Of a DNA stretch of 64,000 nucleotides, positions 15,714 through 25,448 are shown in pieces (the stretch's first letter is position 1; the number at the start of each line of letters is the position of its first letter). This stretch comes from an uncultured Candidatus Saccharibacteria bacterium (lineage in GTDB: Bacteria; Patescibacteriota; Minisyncoccia; Phycocordibacterales; UBA9988), in contig CAYNXC010000001.1 in NCBI GenBank assembly GCA_964401135.1, positions 210,264-274,263 of the forward strand. Reading direction: 5' to 3'. The notes below the pieces were generated by a model. The model saw only the letters and a list, made by a program, of their open reading frames with translations, had not been told where the DNA came from and ran no database searches. The position numbers and the translations under genes were made by a program.

Positions 15714-16870
15714 TGCCGCTTGATGAACAGCGCCGCAAAGCGGCGCTTGCAATGGCAAGTCCCGAACAGCGGAAGCGGCAATTAGAGCGAGAGAAGCGCG
15801 AAGCAGAACTACAATCAGAGAGGGAAAAGCAAGCAGAACAAGCACAGGCACTTGAACTCGCACGCCAGAAGAAAGAAGCAGAGGCGCGTATTTTGAGAGA
15901 GGCAGAAGAACGAGAACAAAAACAACGAGAAAATAGTCGTCTTGAAAAAGCGCGCAAAGCGGAGGAGCAGATCAGTATGTTAAAGCGCCAAGCGCTGGGT
16001 ATCAATCAGCTCCGCACCATGAAGAGTGACTTGGAGCGAGCACAAAAGAAAGAGGCATCCCCTACATGGGCAGGATCTGCTGTTCCTGTCGGGACGCCAA
16101 TACTCAACGCACATTCACAAAAGCGTTATGTAGCAGAAGAGGAACCAACGCGATCTCGTCCAATACTCTGGTGGCTCGGAGGAGGACTCCTTGCGCTCCT
16201 TGCGCTTGGGGGCGGCGCGGCCTACATCATTTTTTCATCACAGGGGAGTATCCCAGGAGCGGCGAAGGAGCCAAGTGCTCCAGGCGCCCTCGTTACAGCA
16301 GAACAAACAATCGCTATTGATACTACGGGGAAAAATCCAGAGAACCTGCGCAGTATCATCACTCAGAAAATTATTACCGAGACACATAAAACAGGTTTAA
16401 CGCGCGCTTACTTTACCTACCAAGCAACACCAACCTCAAGCCCTGTCGTGTTAGGGGTAGGGGAGTGGCTCAATCGTGTAGGAGCATCTGCGCCAGGACT
16501 CCTAGTGCGCTCACTTGATAACTCCTTTGATTACGGAGCCTACCAATTGGTACCAAACGCGGCCTACATTATTCTCTCAAGCAAGGCCCCACAGAACGCC
16601 TTCTCTGGTATGCTCCAGTGGGAAGACACGACACTAGCCAAAGATCTGATCCCGCTTGTAAGCGGGAGCACGGTGGATGAAGGGCTCCTGCGTGGGACAT
16701 TTGAAGATAAGGTACTCTCTGGACTCAATATAGATGCGCGCATCTTGCGAGATACTACGGGGAACACTCGTCTTGTATACACCGTTTTGAGTGCACAAGG
16801 CGTTATCATCATTACCAAAGACGAAAAGACTCTTGCCGAGCTCTACCGGAGGGTCATTATTCCAGGTTAG
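15710..16870 (+). CDS. Bitopic membrane protein: cytoplasmic coiled coil, TM, extracellular domain
   Basis: Charged helical N-terminus, LRTMKSDL motif, TM ILWWLGGGLLALLALGGGAAYII, C-terminal domain with AFSGMLQWE. Confidence 0.8.
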   Translation: MMPLDEQRRKAALAMASPEQRKRQLEREKREAELQSEREKQAEQAQALELARQKKEAEARILREAEEREQKQRENSRLEKARKAEEQISMLKRQALGINQLRTMKSDLERAQKKEASPTWAGSAVPVGTPILNAHSQKRYVAEEEPTRSRPILWWLGGGLLALLALGGGAAYIIFSSQGSIPGAAKEPSAPGALVTAEQTIAIDTTGKNPENLRSIITQKIITETHKTGLTRAYFTYQATPTSSPVVLGVGEWLNRVGASAPGLLVRSLDNSFDYGAYQLVPNAAYIILSSKAPQNAFSGMLQWEDTTLAKDLIPLVSGSTVDEGLLRGTFEDKVLSGLNIDARILRDTTGNTRLVYTVLSAQGVIIITKDEKTLAELYRRVIIPG

Positions 16871-16902
16871 ACAGCCTCTACAGGCTCTGTTACACTGCAA
16901 CT

Positions 16903-17271
16903 ATGAATACAGACGCGCTAAAAAAGAAACTTCTCGCAGAAAAAGAGAGTTTGGAGTCCGAGTTGGGCTATATTGGAGATAAAGATGAACTAAATCCGGG
17001 CAATTACAACGCAAAACCAGCAGAAACAGATCCGATTGGCTTCCGTGATGAGGTTGCCGACCGGCTTGAAGAGTTGGATGAACGACTTGCAACCGAGCAA
17101 CCGCTTGAAGCTCACCTAAAAAATGTACGCGAGGCACTCAAGCGCATTGAAGAGGGAAACTACGGGATATGTGTGGTATGTGGTGAAAAGATAGAAGAAG
17201 ACCGACTCAGCGCCAGCCCCTCTGCTCGAACCTGTAAAGAACATTTGAGCTCAGACAGTAACGGCGGATAA
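16903..17271 (+). CDS. TraR/DksA C4 zinc-finger protein
   Basis: AL.RI..G.YG.C..CG..I...RL.A.P.A..C..H. Confidence 0.9.
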   Translation: MNTDALKKKLLAEKESLESELGYIGDKDELNPGNYNAKPAETDPIGFRDEVADRLEELDERLATEQPLEAHLKNVREALKRIEEGNYGICVVCGEKIEEDRLSASPSARTCKEHLSSDSNGG

Positions 17272-17295
17272 CAGTAAATCTGCTACAATTGAGTC

Positions 17296-18843
17296 ATGCT
17301 TGCGAAGGTGCATAGCGCACAGGTGAGCGGGCTCTCGGCAGATATCATTGATGTAGAAGTAGATATCTCGCAGGGACTTCACTCTTTCTCTATTGTCGGA
17401 CTTCCCGACAAGGCGGTTGAAGAATCCAAAGATAGGATTACAGCCGCAATAAAAAACTCCGGCTTCAAATCGCCGCAAAAAGGGAACTTGAAGGTGATAG
17501 TCTCCCTCTCACCGGCGGATGTCAAAAAAGAGGGCTCCTCTTTTGACCTCGCCATTGCTCTCGCACATCTTCTCGCCACACGAGAGCTCTCTTTCAATCC
17601 GAAAGAGAAGCTCTTTTTAGGTGAACTTGCCTTAGACGGAGCATTGCGACCTTTGCGCGGCGCACTCATGATGGCGCAAAAAGCGAAGAGCGCCGGATTC
17701 AGCGGACTCTACCTCCCACAAGAGAATGCTCGTGAAGCGGCACTTGTAGAGGGGATACAGATATTCCCAGTGCGTACACTCAAGCAATTAGCTGAACATC
17801 TCTCGCCATTTCAAGAGCAGAGTACTAAGCCCTCCATCATCATCCCGCAAGAAAAAACAGAAATTATTTTTGAACAGTCCTCACACCTAACCGACTTTGC
17901 GGATGTCAAGGGGCAAGAGAGTGCCAAGCGTGGGCTTGAGATTGCCGCGGCTGGTGGACACAACATTGCCATGTCTGGCCCACCGGGGACAGGAAAGACG
18001 ATGCTTGCAAAAGCATTCATTGGTGTACTACCGCCACTCTCGTTTGAACATATTTTAGAAGTAACGGGCATACACTCCTCGGCAGGCATTCTACAAGAAG
18101 ATCTTGTTACTCATCCACCCTTACGATCCCCGCATCACACAGCATCCTATGTCTCTATGGTTGGCGGCGGTGCAAGCCCCCGCCCCGGAGAGATTACACT
18201 TGCGCATCGTGGAGTGCTCTTTCTTGATGAGTTCCCCGAGTTTGAGCGGCGCGTACTGGAGTCCTTACGGCAGCCACTAGAGGATCGTGTCATTTCTATT
18301 TCACGGGCAAAGGGAACGCTCTCATTCCCTGCTGACTTTATTCTAATTGCAACGATGAACCCATGCCCCTGCGGGAATAGGGGAGTACGCGGTAAGGAGT
18401 GCGTCTGTTCTCAATCCTCCATCATGAAGTATGAACGAAAAATTTCTGGTCCTATCATTGATCGTATAGATCTCTGGCTCTCTGTCCCACAAGTTGATCC
18501 ACAGAAATTAGGGAGCGACGCTGAAGGAGAGGGGAGTGCAAAAGTACGCGAGCGAGTTGCACGAGCACGCAGAGTACAAGAAAAGCGTTTCCGCGAAGTG
18601 CCGGGACTCTGCACCAACAGTGGAATGAGCGTGCGAGAGATCAAGCGCTTCTGCCCATTATCTGGAGAGGCTGCGGATGTACTCAATAGTTCTGCGACGC
18701 GACTCAATCTCTCGGCACGCGTCTACCATCGTCTCATCAAGCTTGCGCGAACAATCGCCGACTTGAGTGGAGCAGAGGACATTACTCCGGAGCACCTCCT
18801 TGAGGCCCTACAGTATAGGCCAAAAGAAAAAACAGGATATTAA
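17296..18843 (+). CDS. comM: YifB/ComM Mg-chelatase-like AAA+ ATPase
   Basis: IVGLPDKAVEES, GELALDG, GPPGTGKT, PHH, LAHRGVLFLDE, NPCPCG motifs. Confidence 0.93.
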   Translation: MLAKVHSAQVSGLSADIIDVEVDISQGLHSFSIVGLPDKAVEESKDRITAAIKNSGFKSPQKGNLKVIVSLSPADVKKEGSSFDLAIALAHLLATRELSFNPKEKLFLGELALDGALRPLRGALMMAQKAKSAGFSGLYLPQENAREAALVEGIQIFPVRTLKQLAEHLSPFQEQSTKPSIIIPQEKTEIIFEQSSHLTDFADVKGQESAKRGLEIAAAGGHNIAMSGPPGTGKTMLAKAFIGVLPPLSFEHILEVTGIHSSAGILQEDLVTHPPLRSPHHTASYVSMVGGGASPRPGEITLAHRGVLFLDEFPEFERRVLESLRQPLEDRVISISRAKGTLSFPADFILIATMNPCPCGNRGVRGKECVCSQSSIMKYERKISGPIIDRIDLWLSVPQVDPQKLGSDAEGEGSAKVRERVARARRVQEKRFREVPGLCTNSGMSVREIKRFCPLSGEAADVLNSSATRLNLSARVYHRLIKLARTIADLSGAEDITPEHLLEALQYRPKEKTGY

Positions 18844-18894
18844 TAATAAAGACCGTCCGAGAAGCGAAATATAGAACAAATTAGTCACATCATT

Positions 18895-19083
18895 ATGAGT
18901 AAGTACCAATTTGTTTCATCTGTCCGCAGAGAGATTGACGGACTCAACTCTGCCGTTGGCTTGAGAATAGTGAGGAGGAGAATCTATCGCGACCTTGTGC
19001 GTCGACACAAGAAGCTCACGCACACACTGCGGATGCTTGAGCGGAAAAGAGGATCTGGTATTCTCTCATTCTTTTTTTCGTAG
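18895..19083 (+). CDS. Small basic hypothetical protein
   Basis: 62-aa helical ORF filling the gap in the same orientation as its neighbours. Confidence 0.55.
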   Translation: MSKYQFVSSVRREIDGLNSAVGLRIVRRRIYRDLVRRHKKLTHTLRMLERKRGSGILSFFFS

Positions 19084-19117
19084 CATCACATATTTCATCC
19101 GTAGTATACTTACAAGG

Positions 19118-19507
19118 ATGCAGTATCTTTCTCTCGTCGGAAATTATCTCGTATGGCACTACACGCGCGGGTATCACGACCTCGCAGAAAACGCGTACAA
19201 CCTGCTCTATTTCTTATACCACTTTTTTTCAATACGAGAGCTCCTGCGCACTTTTTTCTCTCCATGGAAAAATTTTCATGGAGGGCTCGCGAGTGTGCAA
19301 ACGAGTGCGGAGTATCTCTCACTCATTACTCTAAATAGTGTCCTCCGGATTGTTGGTATCATCCTCCGAAGTATTATTATCGCAACCGGTTGTGCATCCC
19401 TCATCATCGGAGGAGGACTCACTATACTTGCACTCCTCTTATGGGCTATCATCCCTGGCATTATTGTATTTTGTTTCATTACTGGATTCTCTCTCCTATT
19501 TTTGTAG
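19118..19507 (+). CDS. Small membrane protein upstream of Clp-like gene
   Basis: WHY, FFSI..LL.T.F.PW motifs and C-terminal TMs; TATACT 7 nt before the ATG. Confidence 0.8.
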   Translation: MQYLSLVGNYLVWHYTRGYHDLAENAYNLLYFLYHFFSIRELLRTFFSPWKNFHGGLASVQTSAEYLSLITLNSVLRIVGIILRSIIIATGCASLIIGGGLTILALLLWAIIPGIIVFCFITGFSLLFL

Positions 19508-19508
19508 T

Positions 19509-21503
19509 ATGGCATACTCACTTACCGAGCAGATGAGTACAGGGTTACAGAGGGCTTTGCGCGCAGAGCGTATTGTTTCACCTAGAAAAAAACGCTTTCT
19601 TTTACTCGTTGCGGACTGCATCATTATTCTCTTTGTACTCTGTACCATACTCGGGTACAGTGACCCATCTTGGAAAGAGGCGCGTATGCCTCTCATTGGA
19701 GGACTCTTAATGGTAAGTTCTCTCATTCTCTCGTGGTATCTCGTAAAGAGTTACATCCATTCACTCCTTGGGCGAGTAGAAGAACATGAGGGACCCTGCT
19801 CAATTGAAGCGGGACGAATATTGTTTCATCATAAAAAAAATCTACTCCGTGCATGTATCACAAGTCCCGTGGGGCGCAAATTATTTTTACGCGCAGGTAT
19901 CGCTCAAGAAAAAATTTCAAAGCTTACACACGCATTTGTTTCAAAAGAACTTATTGAAGAGCATGAGGGACACATCACACTAAAAGAGATTGCGCGAGTG
20001 CTCATAGAAAAAAGTGAAGAACTCAGACAACTCTTAGAAGAAGTGGGGCTAACACAGAGTGAGTTTATTGGCACAGCAGAGTGGATAGAACGAGAGAGTG
20101 GATGGATAAGAGAAAGAGAGTTGTGGTGGAGGAGGGGAGCCTTAAATCGCATCCCTGGCATTGCGAAGGATTGGGCAAAAGGAGACACGCCCACACTTGA
20201 TCATTACGCACACGACATCGTTGTCCCTCCCACTGTACGCTTCATCACACACAACAGGGAACTGAGAAAAGTGGAGGAGATACTCATGAAAGAAAAAAAT
20301 GCGCATGTCCTCATTGTTGGGGAACATGAGAGAGCATACAGGAGTCTCACTATAGGACTTGCGAGAGAAATTGGGAGCGGACACATCGTGCCACAGCTAG
20401 AGTCATTCCGCGTGGTGATGCTAGAGTCCAATCTTTTGGCTCAGAGCTTCACAGAGGCAGAGGGATTAAAAAAAGTATGTACTATGATACGAGAAGAGTT
20501 ACAACGAGTACATAATATCATCCTCGTGATTGATGCTCCGCATAATAAGATCATATTAGAGTCTCTCCTTACCATAAGACACAGTAAGATACTCGTATGC
20601 GTGCATAAAGAACAGCATCGAGATCTCCCCATAACAGAAGAGGTACGAGCAGGGCTCCACACCATCGTTGTGGAACCTCTCTCTGAAGAAGGAGAGATTG
20701 CGCTTCTTGAAGCACAATTACTTCGTATAAGTACTAGTCGTTACATTGAGATAAACTATCCGGCAATCGTACTCCTCGCACGATACACGAGCGAAGAAAA
20801 TGGTATTGCGAAACTATCAGAGATCATTCCCTGGGCGCGCAAAAAAAACATTTTTCTCATCAACCGCACGGTTTGTGAACAGTTTCTAAAAGAGGCACGA
20901 CTTATGCCGGAAGATGAAAGGGATCATATCCGTGCTCATCGCCTTTCTGATATTACAAAAGAGATGAATGTTTGCGCTCCTGCACAAACACTAGCGATAA
21001 AAGAGATTTCGCAGACGATACAGAAAAAGTATGTGGACTCAAAAAAGAAAGGTGGGCCACTTACAAGACTCCTCTTCTTAGGGCCAGAAGAACAAAAGCT
21101 GGTAGTGGCACAAGCACTCGCGCGAACTCTCTTTGGTGGAGAAGAAGCATTCATACATATCTCTCTCCCACACTATACAGATGTCACAACAATATCCAAT
21201 ACGATGCGAGAATATGTAGCACATCGCCCTGCTGTACTTATCTATGTAGAACAATTTGAGCATGCGAAAGAGGAGTTACGAGAAGCTATACTCAATTTCC
21301 CCGACATAACACAAGAGGCAGTCCTGATTGTATCAAGCCGTGCAGGAGAGCGGCACATAGAGTGGCTCATTGAGACTGGAAAAAATATTGAAGAGGAGGC
21401 GGACGCAATTCTCTCTGGTATCGTCCACGATGGAGTACTCACACAAGAGACATTAGAGAGCTTTGACACCATCGCTCTCTTTAGCCCCACACTCAATAGC
21501 TAG
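19509..21503 (+). CDS. Membrane-anchored ClpA/B-like double-AAA protein with degenerate Walker motifs
   Basis: Two N-terminal TMs; IPGIAKDWA.G.TPTLD; Clp-like layout but VLIVGEHERAYRS and LLFLGPEEQKL replace GxxGxGKT. Confidence 0.7.
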   Translation: MAYSLTEQMSTGLQRALRAERIVSPRKKRFLLLVADCIIILFVLCTILGYSDPSWKEARMPLIGGLLMVSSLILSWYLVKSYIHSLLGRVEEHEGPCSIEAGRILFHHKKNLLRACITSPVGRKLFLRAGIAQEKISKLTHAFVSKELIEEHEGHITLKEIARVLIEKSEELRQLLEEVGLTQSEFIGTAEWIERESGWIRERELWWRRGALNRIPGIAKDWAKGDTPTLDHYAHDIVVPPTVRFITHNRELRKVEEILMKEKNAHVLIVGEHERAYRSLTIGLAREIGSGHIVPQLESFRVVMLESNLLAQSFTEAEGLKKVCTMIREELQRVHNIILVIDAPHNKIILESLLTIRHSKILVCVHKEQHRDLPITEEVRAGLHTIVVEPLSEEGEIALLEAQLLRISTSRYIEINYPAIVLLARYTSEENGIAKLSEIIPWARKKNIFLINRTVCEQFLKEARLMPEDERDHIRAHRLSDITKEMNVCAPAQTLAIKEISQTIQKKYVDSKKKGGPLTRLLFLGPEEQKLVVAQALARTLFGGEEAFIHISLPHYTDVTTISNTMREYVAHRPAVLIYVEQFEHAKEELREAILNFPDITQEAVLIVSSRAGERHIEWLIETGKNIEEEADAILSGIVHDGVLTQETLESFDTIALFSPTLNS

Positions 21504-22465
21504 AAAGGATTCTGTGCGCCGCGGACTTCGAAGTGGAGGTGGGCGCCAGTAGAGCGTCCAGTCATCCCGACAGTACCAATAGCGTCACCTTGCTCAACAA
21601 ACATACCTTGAGAGACAGTAATGCTATCCATATGCGCATAGAGTGTCTGCGTGCTGTTACCATGTTTAATGACCACATAGTTCCCGTAGCCGCCATTCCA
21701 GCCGCTTGAACGGCTCACGATGACTTGACCACTTGCGGCGGCCATGACTGTTGTACCAACAGGAGAGGCAAGATCAATACCATTGTAGCCATGTATGCCT
21801 TGAGAGCGCATAGAACGAGTAAGAGGTTTAATAAAGTAACCACTGACTGATTTCTTTGTAGAATTATCTGCAATAGGAATGGTAGATTGGCCAGAAGAAA
21901 CAGTAATGTCTCCATCGGGGACCATAATAAGCGCCCCTACGATAAGAGGGTGATGTACATCGATTCCGTTAAATTGAGCAATCTCTTCACTGTCGGCTCC
22001 ATAGCGTTTGGCGATACGGCTTACGGTATCTCCTTTTCTGACCGTATGACGGACTCCAGACACTGGCAAGATGACGAGAGTCTGATCAGGAGACACTTTT
22101 GATCCACTGGTAAGGTCATTTGCCCAGAGAATAGTTGAGGGAGAGACTCCGAACATCTCTGCAATTCCGCCAATTGTGTCCCCCTCGCGTACCACATAGA
22201 GACTGATTTGATCGCTTGGAGGAGCCTCCTTTATATCCGCAACAGTACCAAGGGGCCCCGAATCTGCGAGGAGAGCATTCCCCACAATAATCGTATCCCC
22301 ACCACCTCTTGCTGGATGTGGGTTTTGGTTTACTGCTGGTTGAAGGAGGGGTATGGTCTGGGAATTTAAAGATTGTGAGGCCAATGCCTCTTGTCTGCCG
22401 ACATAGACGAGTCGTTCTTTAATGAGTGAGAAAAAATCTACAAAGGTAGTGTTGTGATCCAACAA
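21500..22465 (-). CDS. 2xLysM + M23 peptidase (start uncertain)
   Basis: YVVREGDT and HTVRKGDT LysM repeats; M23 motifs NGIDLA, GYGNYVVIKH, YAH, TG.STG.HLHFEV. Confidence 0.9.
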   Translation of the reverse strand: MLDHNTTFVDFFSLIKERLVYVGRQEALASQSLNSQTIPLLQPAVNQNPHPARGGGDTIIVGNALLADSGPLGTVADIKEAPPSDQISLYVVREGDTIGGIAEMFGVSPSTILWANDLTSGSKVSPDQTLVILPVSGVRHTVRKGDTVSRIAKRYGADSEEIAQFNGIDVHHPLIVGALIMVPDGDITVSSGQSTIPIADNSTKKSVSGYFIKPLTRSMRSQGIHGYNGIDLASPVGTTVMAAASGQVIVSRSSGWNGGYGNYVVIKHGNSTQTLYAHMDSITVSQGMFVEQGDAIGTVGMTGRSTGAHLHFEVRGAQNPF

Positions 22466-22654
22466 AGAGAAAAGGCAGACGAAGACGACAAACAGAGCCT
22501 GCTTACCGCGGAGTGAGTGTGTTCTTTGATTTCCGTCTCGTACAGGAGTCGGGGAGTTTTTAAAAAGGTATAGTATAAGCCAATATCCGTGCAGCCATTA
22601 CTTCCATACAGGCATCGTACATCCTAACAGAGGGAGGGATATGCTTCAAGTCTC

Positions 22655-25024
22655 TCAACTGCGCAGACGGGTAAGGATGGCGGCTTCAACACTTGTAAGA
22701 TCTCTCCCATATGAGAGGCGGGAAAGTTCTTTTAATTTTTCTGCAACTTCTTGAGATCCTCTCTCGGTAGTGCGCGTTTGGATAGCGAATGCAGGTGAGG
22801 GCTCCCCGTTCACCAAGAGCTTCATAATTGCGTGACGATTTTCTGTACTCATGAGATCAGATGCAGAAAAGGTTGGCTCTACATACTGCTTTAAATACTC
22901 GGCATCTTCAGCCCCCACACGGAAGAGTGCGAGTGACCCCACATTTCCGAAGACTGCCGCCTTGATGGTATCCGAAAGCTGGGCAATAAACTGATGTGCA
23001 AGAGTAAGTGAGAGATGATACTTGCGTGCTTCGGAGAGAATAACCGCAATTGAGTCTGTGGTAAAGTTTTGAAACTCGTCAATGTAGAGATAAAAATCTG
23101 TTCGTGATTGTTCCGACATATCACCTCGAGCAAGCGCGGCCAAAAGAATGCGTCCGGTAATAATCATCCCCAAGAGACCTGCATTAAGATCTCCAATCTT
23201 CCCTTTTGAGAGATTAACGAGTAAAATCTTCTTCGTATCAAGCACTTCCCTAAAGTTAAATGACGATGAAGTTTGCCCAATAATAGGTCGAATGTAATCG
23301 TTTGCAATAAAATTATTAAACTTCGAGGTAATGTAGGGGGTCATATTCGCAAGCCCCTGTTCTCCAGATGTCTTCACTGCCTCTTTTTCCCAAAAATCTA
23401 TGACAACCGGGTTGAGGATGCGAGAGAGCTTACGCTTTCTAAACTCCGGATCGGTAAAGATGCGCGGCACCTCAATCAAAGTGGCGGGTTCATTCTTCAT
23501 ATCCTCCATAAGAAGAAGGAGTGCATTACGCATATACTGCTCAAACATTGGCCCCATTGTCTCCGCCGTAAAAAGACGGTTAAAAATAGACTGGAGTTCG
23601 TTCACAATAAAGGTTCGTTCCTCCGGCTTTTCTGTCTGATGTTCCAACATATTAAGCCCTAGTGGACGCTCGCGATCTCCGGGGTCAAACACGATGACAT
23701 CATTAATACGGCTCTTTGGCACGACGCTCAAGAGGTCGGTAATAAGATCGCCATGCGGGTCTATCACACAGAGGCCGTTCCCAGCCTCAATATCTTGTGC
23801 CGCCATAGTGCGCAGAAGAGAGCTCTTCCCCGTACCTGTCTGGCCAATGAGGTAGAAGTGCCGTAGACGATCAGTGGTGGAGAGGCGCACCGCCTGTGCA
23901 TCGCCACGAAACAGGTTCTCACCAATGGTGACTCCTTCTTGGGAAAGATTTGCGGGGGGAGCCGACTCTCGTGTGCGCAACCAACTTACCCGAGGGATGT
24001 CTAAGGAGTTGGTAGGTAAGTGGAAGATACTAGCCAACTCTTCTGTATTCAAATACATACTCTCGGCATCTCTCCACTCTCTGAATGAGTAACGATACAA
24101 GAGCGACTGTGTGTCGCGAGGAAGCACCGTAACAAAGCCGTTATGTTTTGTGGTAGTGAATTGGGAAAAAGACCCCGCAATAGAAGTAAAGAGGTCATGT
24201 GCCCTATCTTCATTCCCGCCAGAAGTTACAATACGGGCAATCACAGAAAGGAGGGGACTGCCCGCCTTCCGCTCAAGCATAGCAACAGATTCTGTATCAA
24301 CGAGGGATGCGGGTTGAATCTCTACCTTCTTACTCGGTGTTGCGGTAAGCTCTTCATGGAGCTCTTTTAGCCCAAAACTAACTCCTTTCTTTACATCTTC
24401 AAGCTTTACTCCTTTTCTTAGTTGCTCAAGTGCTGATACGAGGCGCTTCTTCGCATTTTGATCAGCGGGGCGGATAAGAAACTGCAGTGAGGCACCGTCC
24501 CCTACACTCTCTAGGTGAGATAAGGTGCTCACGATTGGCGTAAAGGTGTCTAGCGAGGACTCACGATATGTCCGGATGGGGAGGATAAACGACTCTTTGA
24601 GTGAAAGATACCCCGCAACCGCAATACCATGCGGATTGAATACTGAATAGTCGTTCACACGCTCAATGCGTGCCTCAGGGTACAGGCCTCGCACCTGATC
24701 ACTTACATACGCTGCACTCTCACGAGGCACTGATGTATAGAAATAAATTTCCTCTCCAATGTGATGTACCGAGACCTCAAACACAACCGGCCTCCCGATG
24801 GCAGAGAGTGAAGAGAAGAGCTGTTCAGAGAGCGCAATATCTCGGAGTCTTCTCTCTGCATCTCCTCCCGTACCACGAGGCACAGAGATGCGTAAGAGTA
24901 CATACGAGAGGGTAGAGAGGCGCGGACTTCTAAACCACTGAAAGAGGAGTACCAGCATCACCGCGCACGAGAGTGCAGCAATCCCTCCACCAGCTATCCA
25001 CAACAGGCTAGGTAATGAGACCAT
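22655..25024 (-). CDS. VirD4/TraG-TraD-like type IV coupling ATPase
   Basis: N-terminal TM; RLRHFYLIGQTGTGKS, VIDPHGD, LYIDEFQNF, LSEARKY.L.L.LAHQ. Confidence 0.88.
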   Translation of the reverse strand: MVSLPSLLWIAGGGIAALSCAVMLVLLFQWFRSPRLSTLSYVLLRISVPRGTGGDAERRLRDIALSEQLFSSLSAIGRPVVFEVSVHHIGEEIYFYTSVPRESAAYVSDQVRGLYPEARIERVNDYSVFNPHGIAVAGYLSLKESFILPIRTYRESSLDTFTPIVSTLSHLESVGDGASLQFLIRPADQNAKKRLVSALEQLRKGVKLEDVKKGVSFGLKELHEELTATPSKKVEIQPASLVDTESVAMLERKAGSPLLSVIARIVTSGGNEDRAHDLFTSIAGSFSQFTTTKHNGFVTVLPRDTQSLLYRYSFREWRDAESMYLNTEELASIFHLPTNSLDIPRVSWLRTRESAPPANLSQEGVTIGENLFRGDAQAVRLSTTDRLRHFYLIGQTGTGKSSLLRTMAAQDIEAGNGLCVIDPHGDLITDLLSVVPKSRINDVIVFDPGDRERPLGLNMLEHQTEKPEERTFIVNELQSIFNRLFTAETMGPMFEQYMRNALLLLMEDMKNEPATLIEVPRIFTDPEFRKRKLSRILNPVVIDFWEKEAVKTSGEQGLANMTPYITSKFNNFIANDYIRPIIGQTSSSFNFREVLDTKKILLVNLSKGKIGDLNAGLLGMIITGRILLAALARGDMSEQSRTDFYLYIDEFQNFTTDSIAVILSEARKYHLSLTLAHQFIAQLSDTIKAAVFGNVGSLALFRVGAEDAEYLKQYVEPTFSASDLMSTENRHAIMKLLVNGEPSPAFAIQTRTTERGSQEVAEKLKELSRLSYGRDLTSVEAAILTRLRS

Positions 25025-25391
25025 TATGTTTTAACTCGTCATAGAGCTTATCCGTAAGTGCATCATGGAACGCATCCATCAAAAAAGGTCGTTCTTGTTT
25101 AATAAGTGCAATAGTTTTCTTCATACCCAGTTCAGGGATGCGTGTAATGTAGGCATTCAGCTCGGTAAGTGAATCATCATCCATTGCATCAAGGTAATGA
25201 GCGGTTGGGGAGCTCTGTATTATAGGCACCCCTCCTCCACTAAAAATCTCCTCGTGTAATACTTGGCGGACCAAGTCCTTCTCTTTACTCACCCCCTGCT
25301 CTGTTTCTATCGCATTTCTGCGTGATTCAATTGCCTTACTCAACTCAAGCAGTTCAGCAGGTACTGCTTCTGGCGAAAAATGTTCTGGCAT
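25008..25391 (-). CDS. Hypothetical protein upstream of the VirD4-like gene
   Basis: C-terminal PFLMDAFHDAL..KLY..L motif; overlaps the virD4-like start; TATAAT 6 nt before the ATG. Confidence 0.8.
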   Translation of the reverse strand: MPEHFSPEAVPAELLELSKAIESRRNAIETEQGVSKEKDLVRQVLHEEIFSGGGVPIIQSSPTAHYLDAMDDDSLTELNAYITRIPELGMKKTIALIKQERPFLMDAFHDALTDKLYDELKHNGLIT

Positions 25392-25448
25392 ACGCAAATT
25401 ATAGCGCACTTCAGAGAGGGCAAAAAGGACGCTATACTAGAGACCGTC

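Noticed and set aside
18860-18892. AGAACAAATTAGTCAC as a possible LexA/SOS box
   Set aside because: Only one half matches GAAC-N4-GTTC; insufficient support.
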